Below are positions 9,242 to 18,160 of a stretch of DNA of 64,000 nt, in pieces. The first letter of the stretch is position 1. Each line of letters starts with the position of its first letter. The position numbers were made by a program, and so were the translations under genes. Source of the stretch: Thermoplasmata archaeon (GTDB taxonomy: Archaea > Thermoplasmatota > Thermoplasmata > Lutacidiplasmatales > UBA184); the NCBI GenBank assembly GCA_027314165.1, contig DAHVCH010000008.1, positions 27,274-91,273 of the forward strand, given 5' to 3'. The notes beneath the pieces are model-generated. The model had not been told where the DNA came from. It searched no databases and worked only from the letters and a program-made list of their open reading frames with translations.

Positions 9242-9452
9242 GGTGGGGCTCGAGCGGCGGCGGGGGATAGAAGAGGGCGTACCTCGGCGGGCACCCCGTC
9301 CGGCCCTCCAGCCACTCCCCCGAGGCAGGACCGACGGTATGGCCCTCTCGCTCCCTCGTCCCGGTGTATCGCGTTGGCCAAGGAGGAAATACCCGAGCCC
9401 GTCCGTTCGGGAGGAGAGCGCGCTTCCTCGGTGGGAGGGCGATCCCAGGGCG

Positions 9453-12353
9453 ATGTCCGCGCGAAACGGGCTCCGTTCGGGGCGAGCGGCGATCGTGGCG
9501 CTGACGGTCGGACTGATGCTCCTCTCCTCGTTGCCGGGGGCGCTGGCTCCCGCCCCTCGGACCTCTGCCCCTTCTGTGGCCGCGTCGACGCTCGGGCCCA
9601 CCGAAGGCTCCGCCGCGCTCCCGGCCCTGCCCGAGCACTTCTGGCAGCGGAGCATCCCGACGAACGTCCCCGTGAGCAACAACTGGCACCTGGCGGCCGC
9701 CGGCGAGCCGGAGTTCACGATCAACCGTTGGGGGGCGATGTCGGCGACGTGGGAGGACCAAGCGACGGTCGGCTGTCCTCTGGGCCCGGTCGGTCTCTCG
9801 GAGTCGAACGACTCGGGGGCCTCCTTCGGGAGCAGCACGGTCCTCGGACCGTTCTATGGGTCGGACACCTCCTGCGCGAACGGGCAGTTCGAGTTCGATG
9901 TCGCGCAGACCTCCAACTCCCCCAACGGCACGATGTGGTTCAGCTACGGGGCCGAGTCCGGTCCCGGGGACAACACCTACACCACGATGCTCTGGAACAA
10001 CGGCACGCACGTGAGCGAGCCGGTGATCTCCGTTCCCGCGGCGACCACGGGCAACAACTTCCTCGACAGGGACTGGATCATGTCCACGCCGAACGGCACC
10101 GTGGTCTCCGTGGTGGACTCCTGCCCCGGCAACACCTGCGCGAACATCTACGAGTCGACCGCCTGGGACGGGATGCACTTCAACCCCGTGGTCCAGGTGT
10201 ACAACAACGGGGACACCACCGCCTCCGCGGATGCCCTCAACAACGCCCAGTGGCTCGTCGGGGACCAGGCCACCCCGAACCAGCCGGGGGTCTGCCAGCT
10301 CATCACCACGAACAACTCGGGGGCCTCCTGGCAGGCCGCGCCCTCCGCCCCCGCCGGGTGCGGGTCGATGACCTGGCAGATGGTCTGGGGGCAGGGCCCT
10401 TCGGTGGACATCGTGTTCCTCAACTCGGCGGGGACCGCGGCGCTCTTCTCCCAGACCTTGAACTGGGGTCGTACCTGGTCGACCCCTGTCACCATCTCGG
10501 GAGCTCCTCCGTCGGGGACGATCTTCCAGACGCCCACGATCGCCGCCGACCCTGCGACCGGGGAGATCGCGATCTTCTGGCTGGACACGCGGGCCAACCC
10601 CTCCACGGACCAGTGGAACGTCTACGAGACCGACAGTCCCAACAACGGCGCGTCCTGGACGCCGGCGCAGCAGGTCTCCAGCGCGGTCGTGGGGACGGGC
10701 TCGAGCTTCTGGTCCGGGGACTGGATCTGGTCCCGCCTCACGCCCTGGGGGACCGCGGCGGTGATCTGGGGCGACAACCGTACCCACAGCCGGCTCCTCA
10801 CGGAGTTCGCCCAGATGCCGTACGAGGACCCCTCCGCGGGGAACCTGTCGGTCAGCGTCGTCGACGCCGCGCTCAACCCGGTGGCGAACGCCTACGTCAG
10901 CGTGGGCGGGAGCTACGGCAGGACCTCGAGCGCCGGGACGGTCACCTTCTACAACCTCGCTCCAGGCCCGGTCCCGTGCACCGCGTACAAGGCCGGGGTC
11001 GGGAGCGGGTCGGCGACCGGCTCGGTCACGAAGGGGACCACCTCCTCGGTGCAGATCCGGCTTGGAGGGGGTTCCTCGCTCACGGCGGGGGCCTCCGCGA
11101 ACGTCACCCTCGGTCGGAGCCCCCTGGTCGTGGGGTTCACCGGCACGGCCTCGGGAGGGACCGCACCCTACAGCTACGCCTGGAACTTTGGCGACGGCGC
11201 GAGCTCCCTCCTCCAGGGTCCGAGCCACACCTACTCGGCACCCGGGAACTACACGGCGCACCTGTGGGTGAACGATTCCGCAAGCGGCAGCGCGACAGCG
11301 CAGGTGTCCATGGCGGTCTGGAACGCCCTGCAGCCGGTGACCGTGGCCCTTCAGGCGCTTCCCGCGACGGCGACGCTGGGGAACGCGGTCGCGTTCACCG
11401 CGACCCCGGGAGGCGGCACCGGGACGTACACGTCCTACCTCTGGTCCTCGCTCCCCACGGGTTGTCCCACGCCCACCGCCCCCTCCTTCTCCTGCACGCC
11501 GACCGCGGTGGGCCACTGGAACGTCTCGGCCGTCGTCACCGACAGCGGGGGCCGCCAGGGCACCGCGAGAGTCCAGGTGAACGTTGACTCGGGGACTCCG
11601 CCCGCGTTGACCCTCGCGCTCGTGGCCGTCCCGTGGGCCTTCTCGCTCGGGACCTCCACCACCCTCACGGCGACGCCTTCGGGAGGCACGCCTCCCTACG
11701 CCAGCTACGCCTGGACCGGGCTCCCCGCGGGCTGCGCAAGCGCGGACCAGGCGAGCCTCAGCTGCGTCCCCGCTGCGGCCGGCCACTTCAACGTCACGGT
11801 CACGGTGACCGACACGGCAGGCGGCCAGGCCTCAGGGACCGCCGAGGTCGACGTCTGGTCCCCGCCCACCCCCGTCGGGGTCACGGCGACGGCCCACCCC
11901 GCGTCGCTCGTCGTCGGGTCCTCCACGACCCTCACGGCCGTTCCCCAGGGCGGTTCCGGGACCTATCCCACCTACGCGTGGGGCGCGCTCCCGCCCGGCT
12001 GCGCTCCCCAGAACGCCGCGTCGTTCTCCTGCGCGCCCTCCTCCCCGGGCCACTACAACGCGACCGTCACGGTCACCGACTCGCAGGGACACTCCGGACA
12101 CGCGATCGTGGAGATCGACGTGTACTCTGCCTCCGGCCGTCAGTCCCCGCCAACAGGGTCGACGGGCCCCCTCGGCCTGGGGGCCTGGGGCTTGCCGCTC
12201 CTCGCGCTCGCCGTGCTCGTGGTGGTCGTGGCGGTCGCGGCGGCCCTTCTCCTTCGGCACAGACGCCGCCCGCGCTCCCCTGGCCCGGACACCGGACCGG
12301 ACCCGGGCGGCGCCGGGCCCCCGGGGCCCTGGGCGCCCTCGGGCCCCTCGTAA
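9453..12353 (+). CDS. Membrane-anchored surface protein: Asp-box (BNR/sialidase-like) propeller, Ig-like/PKD domains, C-terminal TM
   Basis: Signal peptide (MSARNGLRSGRAAIVALTVGLMLL), Asp-box-like SNDSGASF, TNNSGASW, TLNWGRTW, SPNNGASW; PKD motif GGTAPYSYAWNFGDG; TM helix followed by RHRRR; many N-x-S/T sequons. ATG 9453 after GGTGGGAGG. Confidence 0.85.
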   Translation: MSARNGLRSGRAAIVALTVGLMLLSSLPGALAPAPRTSAPSVAASTLGPTEGSAALPALPEHFWQRSIPTNVPVSNNWHLAAAGEPEFTINRWGAMSATWEDQATVGCPLGPVGLSESNDSGASFGSSTVLGPFYGSDTSCANGQFEFDVAQTSNSPNGTMWFSYGAESGPGDNTYTTMLWNNGTHVSEPVISVPAATTGNNFLDRDWIMSTPNGTVVSVVDSCPGNTCANIYESTAWDGMHFNPVVQVYNNGDTTASADALNNAQWLVGDQATPNQPGVCQLITTNNSGASWQAAPSAPAGCGSMTWQMVWGQGPSVDIVFLNSAGTAALFSQTLNWGRTWSTPVTISGAPPSGTIFQTPTIAADPATGEIAIFWLDTRANPSTDQWNVYETDSPNNGASWTPAQQVSSAVVGTGSSFWSGDWIWSRLTPWGTAAVIWGDNRTHSRLLTEFAQMPYEDPSAGNLSVSVVDAALNPVANAYVSVGGSYGRTSSAGTVTFYNLAPGPVPCTAYKAGVGSGSATGSVTKGTTSSVQIRLGGGSSLTAGASANVTLGRSPLVVGFTGTASGGTAPYSYAWNFGDGASSLLQGPSHTYSAPGNYTAHLWVNDSASGSATAQVSMAVWNALQPVTVALQALPATATLGNAVAFTATPGGGTGTYTSYLWSSLPTGCPTPTAPSFSCTPTAVGHWNVSAVVTDSGGRQGTARVQVNVDSGTPPALTLALVAVPWAFSLGTSTTLTATPSGGTPPYASYAWTGLPAGCASADQASLSCVPAAAGHFNVTVTVTDTAGGQASGTAEVDVWSPPTPVGVTATAHPASLVVGSSTTLTAVPQGGSGTYPTYAWGALPPGCAPQNAASFSCAPSSPGHYNATVTVTDSQGHSGHAIVEIDVYSASGRQSPPTGSTGPLGLGAWGLPLLALAVLVVVVAVAAALLLRHRRRPRSPGPDTGPDPGGAGPPGPWAPSGPS
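11394..12090 (+). repeat. Three intragenic ~90-aa PKD-variant repeats with an LPxGC-x9-C motif
   Basis: TATPGGGTGTYTSYLWSSLPTGCPTPTAPSFSCTP, TATPSGGTPPYASYAWTGLPAGCASADQASLSCVP and TAVPQGGSGTYPTYAWGALPPGCAPQNAASFSCAP. Confidence 0.85.
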
Positions 12354-12453
12354 CGGCGGATCCCACGATGCCCCCCGACACCCCGCGCGGGGCTCGCCGC
12401 CGCGAGCCGACTTGACCGAGCACTTATCCGCATAGCCCGTTCACGTCGCGCCC

Positions 12454-12948
12454 GTGCTCCGACGGGTCGACCACGTAGCTCTGCGCGTTCCCTATCTCCG
12501 GAAGGCCGAGGCGCTCTACCTTCACTTGTTCGACCTGACCGTGGCGTACCGTGAGGTGGAGACCCCCGAGGGGTGGTTCACGCTCCCCCCGGAGATGGGA
12601 TGGGGGGAAGCGGCCGGGGCGCGGATCGGGCTGTCGGTGCTCTCGCGCGAAGGGCTCGTCCTCCAGCTCGAGGGCAGGGACCGGGTTCTCCCCGGGGAGC
12701 GCCTCGCGCACGTGGGGCTCGACGGGGACGAAGGGGAGATCCGCCGCCTGGAGTCGCTCGTCTGGGGGCTCGGCGGACAGGTCGTCACGCGGCTCCCCGA
12801 CCATCTGGTCTTCGACGACGCCTACGGGGTCCGCTGGGATGTCTCCACGAACCGCGCGAGCTACGTGAGCGACACGAGCTCCGGGGCCCGGTCGGGACGC
12901 TGGTTCCGTCCCAGGACCTCCTCCGCGGCCTCTCGGCGCGGCCTCTGA
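12454..12948 (+). CDS. VOC/glyoxalase superfamily protein
   Basis: N-terminal RVDHVALRV...AEALY...LF; later LAHVGL and VFDDAYGVRWDV (cf. F-x-D-P-x-G-x2-WE). GTG start. Confidence 0.75.
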   Translation: MLRRVDHVALRVPYLRKAEALYLHLFDLTVAYREVETPEGWFTLPPEMGWGEAAGARIGLSVLSREGLVLQLEGRDRVLPGERLAHVGLDGDEGEIRRLESLVWGLGGQVVTRLPDHLVFDDAYGVRWDVSTNRASYVSDTSSGARSGRWFRPRTSSAASRRGL

Positions 12949-12973
12949 CGGCGGTCCCGCACGGAGGGGCGGT

Positions 12974-13759
12974 TCACACCGGCGACGGGGTCTCCGCCGA
13001 GAGCGGCCAGCTCCCGATGAAGGCCGACGGGTATCCCGTGTAGTAGAGGGAGATCGTGCAGGCGCCGGGGAGCGTGTTGCACCAGGCCGGGGGACCGTAG
13101 TAGTCGTCGTTGATGCTCCCATCGATGGAGGTCGAGATGCAGTAACCTCCCAGGTACGTGGTGAACGTGTCACCGGCGTTGATCACGGGGCTCCTGGGGT
13201 TGGTCTGGTTGAAGTAGACGAGGTCGTACATCGGGACCCCGGCGCCGACGGTCCCGAAACAGTTCAGATTCCCGGTCTTGTAATTCGGGGTGAGATGGCC
13301 CCCGCACACGGAGACCGTGGGGGTGGGAGGCGTCCCGGACCCCGCGCCCTTGAACGTGTTGGTCATGTTGATCGAGGAGAGGGGAGCGATGAGCTTGACC
13401 GTCCCGTTGCAGGAGAGCTCCACCTCGATGAGCGAGATCAGCGGGGCGGGATTCTGCACCTGGGAGACGATGGTCACCATCCCATTGACGAAGCAGGCGC
13501 GGTAGCCGGTGGCGGTGTTGATCACCGGGCACTGGCTTCCTTGGGTTCCCGGCTGATTGTCCCCCTGGCCGATGAGCTCGACCTGGGTGTTGTTCCACTC
13601 CGTGGTGAACCCCACGTACGGGGTCGGAGGCGGCATTGGGACCTTGATCATGTAGTAGAGGGCCGCCAGGAGGACCATCGTGAGGGCGATCAGCATCACC
13701 GACGCGATGACGGGAGTGACTCCCCGCTTTCCGTGACGACGGAACCGCCACCTTTCCAT
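12974..13759 (-). CDS. Archaeal type IV pilin-like protein (class III signal peptide)
   Basis: MERWRFRRHGKRG|VTPVIASVMLIALTMVLLAALYYM: basic leader, G-V cleavage site and hydrophobic helix; 8 Cys in the mature domain. Confidence 0.88.
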   Translation of the reverse strand: MERWRFRRHGKRGVTPVIASVMLIALTMVLLAALYYMIKVPMPPPTPYVGFTTEWNNTQVELIGQGDNQPGTQGSQCPVINTATGYRACFVNGMVTIVSQVQNPAPLISLIEVELSCNGTVKLIAPLSSINMTNTFKGAGSGTPPTPTVSVCGGHLTPNYKTGNLNCFGTVGAGVPMYDLVYFNQTNPRSPVINAGDTFTTYLGGYCISTSIDGSINDDYYGPPAWCNTLPGACTISLYYTGYPSAFIGSWPLSAETPSPV

Positions 13760-13869
13760 GGAACAAGCCGGTGGGCGAAACTCCGCCCTCCGTAGGATAT
13801 GATACGGGCTTCTCGGATAAAAGGCTCCCCGACCGCTCCCGGGGGGCTCGTGGGCCAAAGTGCCCTGGT

Positions 13870-14658
13870 TCAGTCGCCCTCTCGCCAGCGGTACAGGTAG
13901 AACGAGAGCAGGATCCCGGCGATGGCCATCCCCACGAGCAGCCCCGCGTCCAAGAGGTAGTCTCCCAACGTCGGGGGCACCGGGAGAAGTCCCAAGGTCC
14001 CTTTGGTGAGCTGCGCCGCGTACGTCCCGGGCAGCAGCCGGGCCGCGTCCTGCCAGATGGGCGGCAGGATGCTCAGGGGGTAGTAGAGCGGCGAGATCAT
14101 CCCGAGGGCCGTGAAGACCAGGTTGCCCACCGGCCAGACCTCCCGCCGGGTCCGGATCCGGCTCGAGATGGCGATCCCGATGGCCGAGAAGAGGACCCAC
14201 AGTACGACGATGGACCCCGCGAGGACGAACCACCCGTACACCGGGATGGAGATCCCGGGCTGGACGGCCAGCAGGATCCCCAGGACCACGAGCGCGGGCG
14301 CCGCCGCGATGAAGTTCGAGGTCGCGATGCCCATGAGGTAGCGGAACTTCCCCATGGGGGAGGCGACGAACAGGTCCTGGAGGGCGTTCTCGAGCCGGTA
14401 CCAGGCCGAGTCGCCCAGGACCCAGTTGCCGCAGTTCTGCGTCGTGAAGAGCATCGCCCCCACGATCTCGCCGGGGAAGAGCGAGGCGGGGGAGATGAGG
14501 CGGAGGAAGTACAGGAAGATGAACGGGACCAGCACCGGGGCGACGGCCACCGCAGGGTTGCGCGAGATCCACCGCCAGCCGATGATGCCCCAGGCCGGGA
14601 GCACCCGGCCCGACCGTGGAAGCCCCTCCCCGACAGGTTGCACTGACGCGGTCGCCAT
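13870..14658 (-). CDS. ABC-2 type exporter permease
   Basis: Six TM helices; ISPLYYPLSILPPIWQDAARLLPGTYA C-terminal ABC-2 signature; in operon with the ATPase. Confidence 0.85.
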   Translation of the reverse strand: MATASVQPVGEGLPRSGRVLPAWGIIGWRWISRNPAVAVAPVLVPFIFLYFLRLISPASLFPGEIVGAMLFTTQNCGNWVLGDSAWYRLENALQDLFVASPMGKFRYLMGIATSNFIAAAPALVVLGILLAVQPGISIPVYGWFVLAGSIVVLWVLFSAIGIAISSRIRTRREVWPVGNLVFTALGMISPLYYPLSILPPIWQDAARLLPGTYAAQLTKGTLGLLPVPPTLGDYLLDAGLLVGMAIAGILLSFYLYRWREGD

Positions 14659-14664
14659 CCCTTC

Positions 14665-15486
14665 TCACCCCTCCCGGGCCGCGACGCGGGCCCAGTGGAC
14701 GGCGAAGGCGAAGAGCGCGAGGGCGGAGACGGTGATGGAGAGCGACGCGGTCAGGAGTTCCGCGTTCGAGAGCTGGGTGAGCCCTTCGGCCCAGGTGACG
14801 AGGGCGGCCGCCGCGCTGGGCGGAAGGAGGAGCGCGAGCGGCTCCAAGGCGGGAGGGACCCCGATCGTCCTCCACGTCTGGAGCGGATAGAAGACCGGCG
14901 GTAGCACGCCGAAGGCGTTGTAGAAGAGGCTCGAGTACGGCCAGATCGCCCGCGAGTCCTCGAAGAGCGTGGAGAAGATGTATCCCAGGGAAGAGGCGAA
15001 CAGCCAGAGGCCGATCAGGCAGAGGAGGAAGATCCCTGCCGCGAACCAGCCCATCGGGTGCACGACCTCGGCCACGAGAAGGAGGAGACCCACCGGCGGC
15101 AGGTAGGCCAGCATGATCCCGGCCGCGATCCCGACGAAGTACGCCTCCGGGGTGAGCGGGGAGGCGTGGTAGAGCTCCGTCAAGCGGTGGTCGATCCGGA
15201 TGTAGGCCGCCTCGTTCGTGACCCGCTCGCCGATCTGGAAGACGGAGAAGAGCACCGCCCCGACGAGCGCCCAGGGCAGGAGGCTCCGAGCGAGAACCCA
15301 GACGAAGACGAGGAACACCACCTGCACGATCATCGAGGTCGCGAGGGCCAGCGTCTCGTGGAGCTGCACCCGTAGCTCTGTCGCGGTGAACGCCGGGAGC
15401 CCCTGCCAGCGAGAGCTCCGGGACCTGCGTTCCCCCTCCGCCCGTCGGGCGGCGACGCCGGGGAGACCGAAGTCAGCCGTGGCCAT
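14665..15486 (-). CDS. ABC-2 type exporter permease
   Basis: Multi-TM; LPPVFYPL...LLLPPSAAA ABC-2 pattern; overlaps the ATPase stop codon. Confidence 0.8.
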   Translation of the reverse strand: MATADFGLPGVAARRAEGERRSRSSRWQGLPAFTATELRVQLHETLALATSMIVQVVFLVFVWVLARSLLPWALVGAVLFSVFQIGERVTNEAAYIRIDHRLTELYHASPLTPEAYFVGIAAGIMLAYLPPVGLLLLVAEVVHPMGWFAAGIFLLCLIGLWLFASSLGYIFSTLFEDSRAIWPYSSLFYNAFGVLPPVFYPLQTWRTIGVPPALEPLALLLPPSAAAALVTWAEGLTQLSNAELLTASLSITVSALALFAFAVHWARVAAREG

Positions 15487-16426
15487 TCTCTTCCCCGTCG
15501 ATGGAGCGCCCCACGAGCCGGAGGAACGCCTCCTCCAGGGTCACGGGACCGACCGTGGCGGGGACCTTCCGTCGTAGCGCGATCTGCAGCAGCTCCTCCA
15601 CCTTCTCCGGACCGGTGATCACGTGGAGGGCGACCCCGTCGTCCATCAACTGTCCAAAGCCCTCGAGCTCGGCCTTCAGCCCGGGTCGGTCCGTGAAGGG
15701 CCCCTGGAAGCTCACGCGGAGCGTGCCGCCCGTCGAGCGCTTGAGCTCCTCGGAGGTCCCCTTGCCGACGACCTGGCCGCGGTCGATGACGTACAGGTGG
15801 TGGGACAGGACGTCGGCCTCGTCCAGGTAGTGGGTCGTCAGGAGGATCGTCGATCCCAGGCGGGTGAGCCGACGCAGCGACTCCCAGACCCCCCGGCGGG
15901 CGAACGGGTCGAGCCCGATGGTCGGCTCGTCCAGGAAGAGGAGAGGGGCCTGCGTCGCGATGACGGTCGCGACCATGACCCGCTGCTTCTGCCCTCCCGA
16001 AAGGGTGACGTTGAGACGGTCGGCGACCTCCTCCAGACCCATCAGGCCGAGGGCTTCCTCCGTGCGGCTCTTCGCGGTCTCGCGCACGAACCCCCGCGAC
16101 CGAAGGTAGGTGTAGATCTGCTCGCGGGGGGTGAGGTGGAAGAACGGCTTGCCTTCCTGCGGCACGACGGCGATGAGCGGGCGGACCCCCTCCGGGTCGG
16201 ACACCACGTCCCGGTCGAAGACCCGGATATCCCCCGAGGTGGGCATGAGGAGCGTCGAGGCGATGCGGAGGAACGTGGTCTTCCCGGCCCCGTTCCGGCC
16301 CAGCAAGGAGACGCGCTGGCCCCGTTCCACCGTGAGGGAGACGCCGGAGAGCGCTTCCACGGGCTTCTGCCCGCGCGTGCGGTAGGTCTTGCGGACCTCC
16401 TCGGCGTGGATAGCCTCCGCCACCAT
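15473..16426 (-). CDS. ABC exporter ATP-binding protein (DrrA-like)
   Basis: Walker A GRNGAGKTT, signature LSGGQ, Walker B LFLDEPT, H-loop TTHYLDEA. Confidence 0.95.
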   Translation of the reverse strand: MVAEAIHAEEVRKTYRTRGQKPVEALSGVSLTVERGQRVSLLGRNGAGKTTFLRIASTLLMPTSGDIRVFDRDVVSDPEGVRPLIAVVPQEGKPFFHLTPREQIYTYLRSRGFVRETAKSRTEEALGLMGLEEVADRLNVTLSGGQKQRVMVATVIATQAPLLFLDEPTIGLDPFARRGVWESLRRLTRLGSTILLTTHYLDEADVLSHHLYVIDRGQVVGKGTSEELKRSTGGTLRVSFQGPFTDRPGLKAELEGFGQLMDDGVALHVITGPEKVEELLQIALRRKVPATVGPVTLEEAFLRLVGRSIDGEENGHG

Positions 16427-16538
16427 GTTGACGGAACGTTCGAGCTGGCGTCGCTATAAATCGGTTAGTTCAGCGAACTATTCGCGTATGGCGCACCGTC
16501 CCGGTGAGGGGGGGGGGCGGGGGGGGCCCTTCGCGCCG

Positions 16539-17468
16539 CTACCCCAAGGCTCCGGAGAGGCGTTCCGCCATCTCGACGGCCGCGTCCAGGTTGTGGTGGG
16601 AGACCTGCTCGATGTTGAGCCCCATGGGGACCTTGATCCCGTTCTTGCGGACGAAGGAGACCGTCTCCTTCCAGACGCGGAGCGCGATGTCGATGGAGTT
16701 GTCCTTCGCCGCCTCCGGGTCCCGGGAGAAGAGGCTCTCCTCCACGACATCCGGGACCTCGGCCCCGAGCCACCGGACGAACTCCAGGTCGTGGATGTCG
16801 GAGACCGGGGCCAGGCTGATGATGACGGTGAGCGGGGACACCTCGAACTCTCGGCAGAGCACGTCGTACTCGGTGAGGAGCCCCTTCAGACTGTCCGTGT
16901 CGAAGAGGATCTGGGTCGTGGCGAAGCGGATCCCCGAGAGGGTCTTGGTGAACAGGCGCTCGGCCTCGTGGGGCCGGGAGGGTATCGCGATCGACCCGAC
17001 GGTCCCTTCGTGCACCGCGAGGGACCGGTAGAGGTGGGAGATCATCCCGGCCGCCTCCACGACCCCCGGGCCCGGGTACTTCCGGATCGAGCTCGCCCCG
17101 CCGACCAGGACCATGTTCCGGATCGACTGCTTCACGATCGTGTCGCGCGCCCAGCGGACGAAGGCCCCCCGAGAGGCCGAGTGCACCACCACCTTGTTCA
17201 CGATCACGTCGCGCGGGATCCGCTCCCGGAGCAGGGTCGCGAAGTGGCGGGGGTCCGTGGTCCGGTAGAACGGCTGGCCCATGTGGTTCTCGTCGAGCAC
17301 TTCCGGGACGTTGATCGCCGAGAGGCGGTGCAGCCTTCGGAGCGGGGGCTCCAGCTTCGCGAGAAGGCCCTCCACGGTGTGCGGGGTGGCCCGACGCGCG
17401 GGCGGGACCGCTTCGAACAGGAGCGGAGTGCGTTCCAGCTGCTCCGCAAAAGGCCGGGGGCTCGTCAG
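16539..17468 (-). CDS. Mycobacterial-type (Mfr/Rv2172c-like) methylenetetrahydrofolate reductase homolog; start codon non-canonical or uncertain
   Basis: GSIAIPSRPHEAERLFTKTLSGIRFATTQILFD resembles the recalled Rv2172c GVIVIPTRDGEQGRLNFKCSRGATYGMTQLLYS. The frame continues upstream of GTG 17375 to LLFEAVPP (cf. IALELVPP). No ATG/GTG/TTG in frame up to the stop at 17600; CTG 17468 chosen on SD spacing. Confidence 0.65.
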   Translation of the reverse strand: MTSPRPFAEQLERTPLLFEAVPPARRATPHTVEGLLAKLEPPLRRLHRLSAINVPEVLDENHMGQPFYRTTDPRHFATLLRERIPRDVIVNKVVVHSASRGAFVRWARDTIVKQSIRNMVLVGGASSIRKYPGPGVVEAAGMISHLYRSLAVHEGTVGSIAIPSRPHEAERLFTKTLSGIRFATTQILFDTDSLKGLLTEYDVLCREFEVSPLTVIISLAPVSDIHDLEFVRWLGAEVPDVVEESLFSRDPEAAKDNSIDIALRVWKETVSFVRKNGIKVPMGLNIEQVSHHNLDAAVEMAERLSGALG

Positions 17469-17624
17469 AGGTATCGCCCTCTCGGAACGGGAGGACCTTC
17501 GTCCTCTTGGCCCCTTGGCCCAGGGCGTTGCATCCGACGCAAGCGCGGGACGGTCGGGTGGAGGCCCTGACGGGCCGCTCCGGGCCCGGCGGACCTTTCA
17601 AGACTTGTCGCCACTCCCGCCCTC

Positions 17625-18125
17625 ATGTCCCCAAGGAAGGGGCACCCCAGACCCGAGGAAGGGGCCGCGGCCGCGGTTCCCCCGGACTCCCCGGTCCCAG
17701 GGGGGGGTAGCGAGGGGTCGGTGGACGCCCGCCCCGGCCCGGGGGAGGTGCTCTCCGGCCTACCCGCCTGGCCTCGGGAGTGGGCCCAACGGCTTGGGAG
17801 GGAGGCCCGCGGGCTGGGCGCCCGGGTGGAGGTCCACCGGAGCCGCGAAGGGAAGGCGTGGGAGCTCCGTTGGGTCATCGAGCGAAGGTCCCTCTTGGTC
17901 CTCCGCCCGGTCGCCCAGGGGGTCCGTGCCGAGCTCTCCATCCCCGAGCGGGCGCTCCCCCACATCCTCGAGCACCACCTGACGGACGAGGAGTTCCGAC
18001 AGAAGCTCCTGGCCGCCGAGCCGCTCCGGGGCCGCCGTCGGATGGACGTCGCCCTGGACAGCGCGAGGCGGGTCAACACGATCTCGGGCGTGCTGATCCT
18101 GCTCTCCCGTCTCGGCCCCGGCTGA
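17625..18125 (+). CDS. Hypothetical protein (weak DUF3788-like resemblance)
   Basis: Globular-looking C-terminal part (AWELRWVIERRSLLVLRP...); TTTCAAG TATA-like box about 25 nt upstream. Confidence 0.5.
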   Translation: MSPRKGHPRPEEGAAAAVPPDSPVPGGGSEGSVDARPGPGEVLSGLPAWPREWAQRLGREARGLGARVEVHRSREGKAWELRWVIERRSLLVLRPVAQGVRAELSIPERALPHILEHHLTDEEFRQKLLAAEPLRGRRRMDVALDSARRVNTISGVLILLSRLGPG

Positions 18126-18160
18126 GCCATGGAGAACGGGGACCGAGGACGGTCCGGACC

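Noticed and set aside
8270-11587. 1105-aa plus-strand ORF and other very long Arg/Gly/Pro-rich ORFs (e.g. 9234-11786, 2637-4760, 36647-37279 extension, 51181-53652)
   Set aside because: Off-frame or antisense shadows of real genes; low-complexity R/G/P composition typical of high-GC DNA; no motifs.
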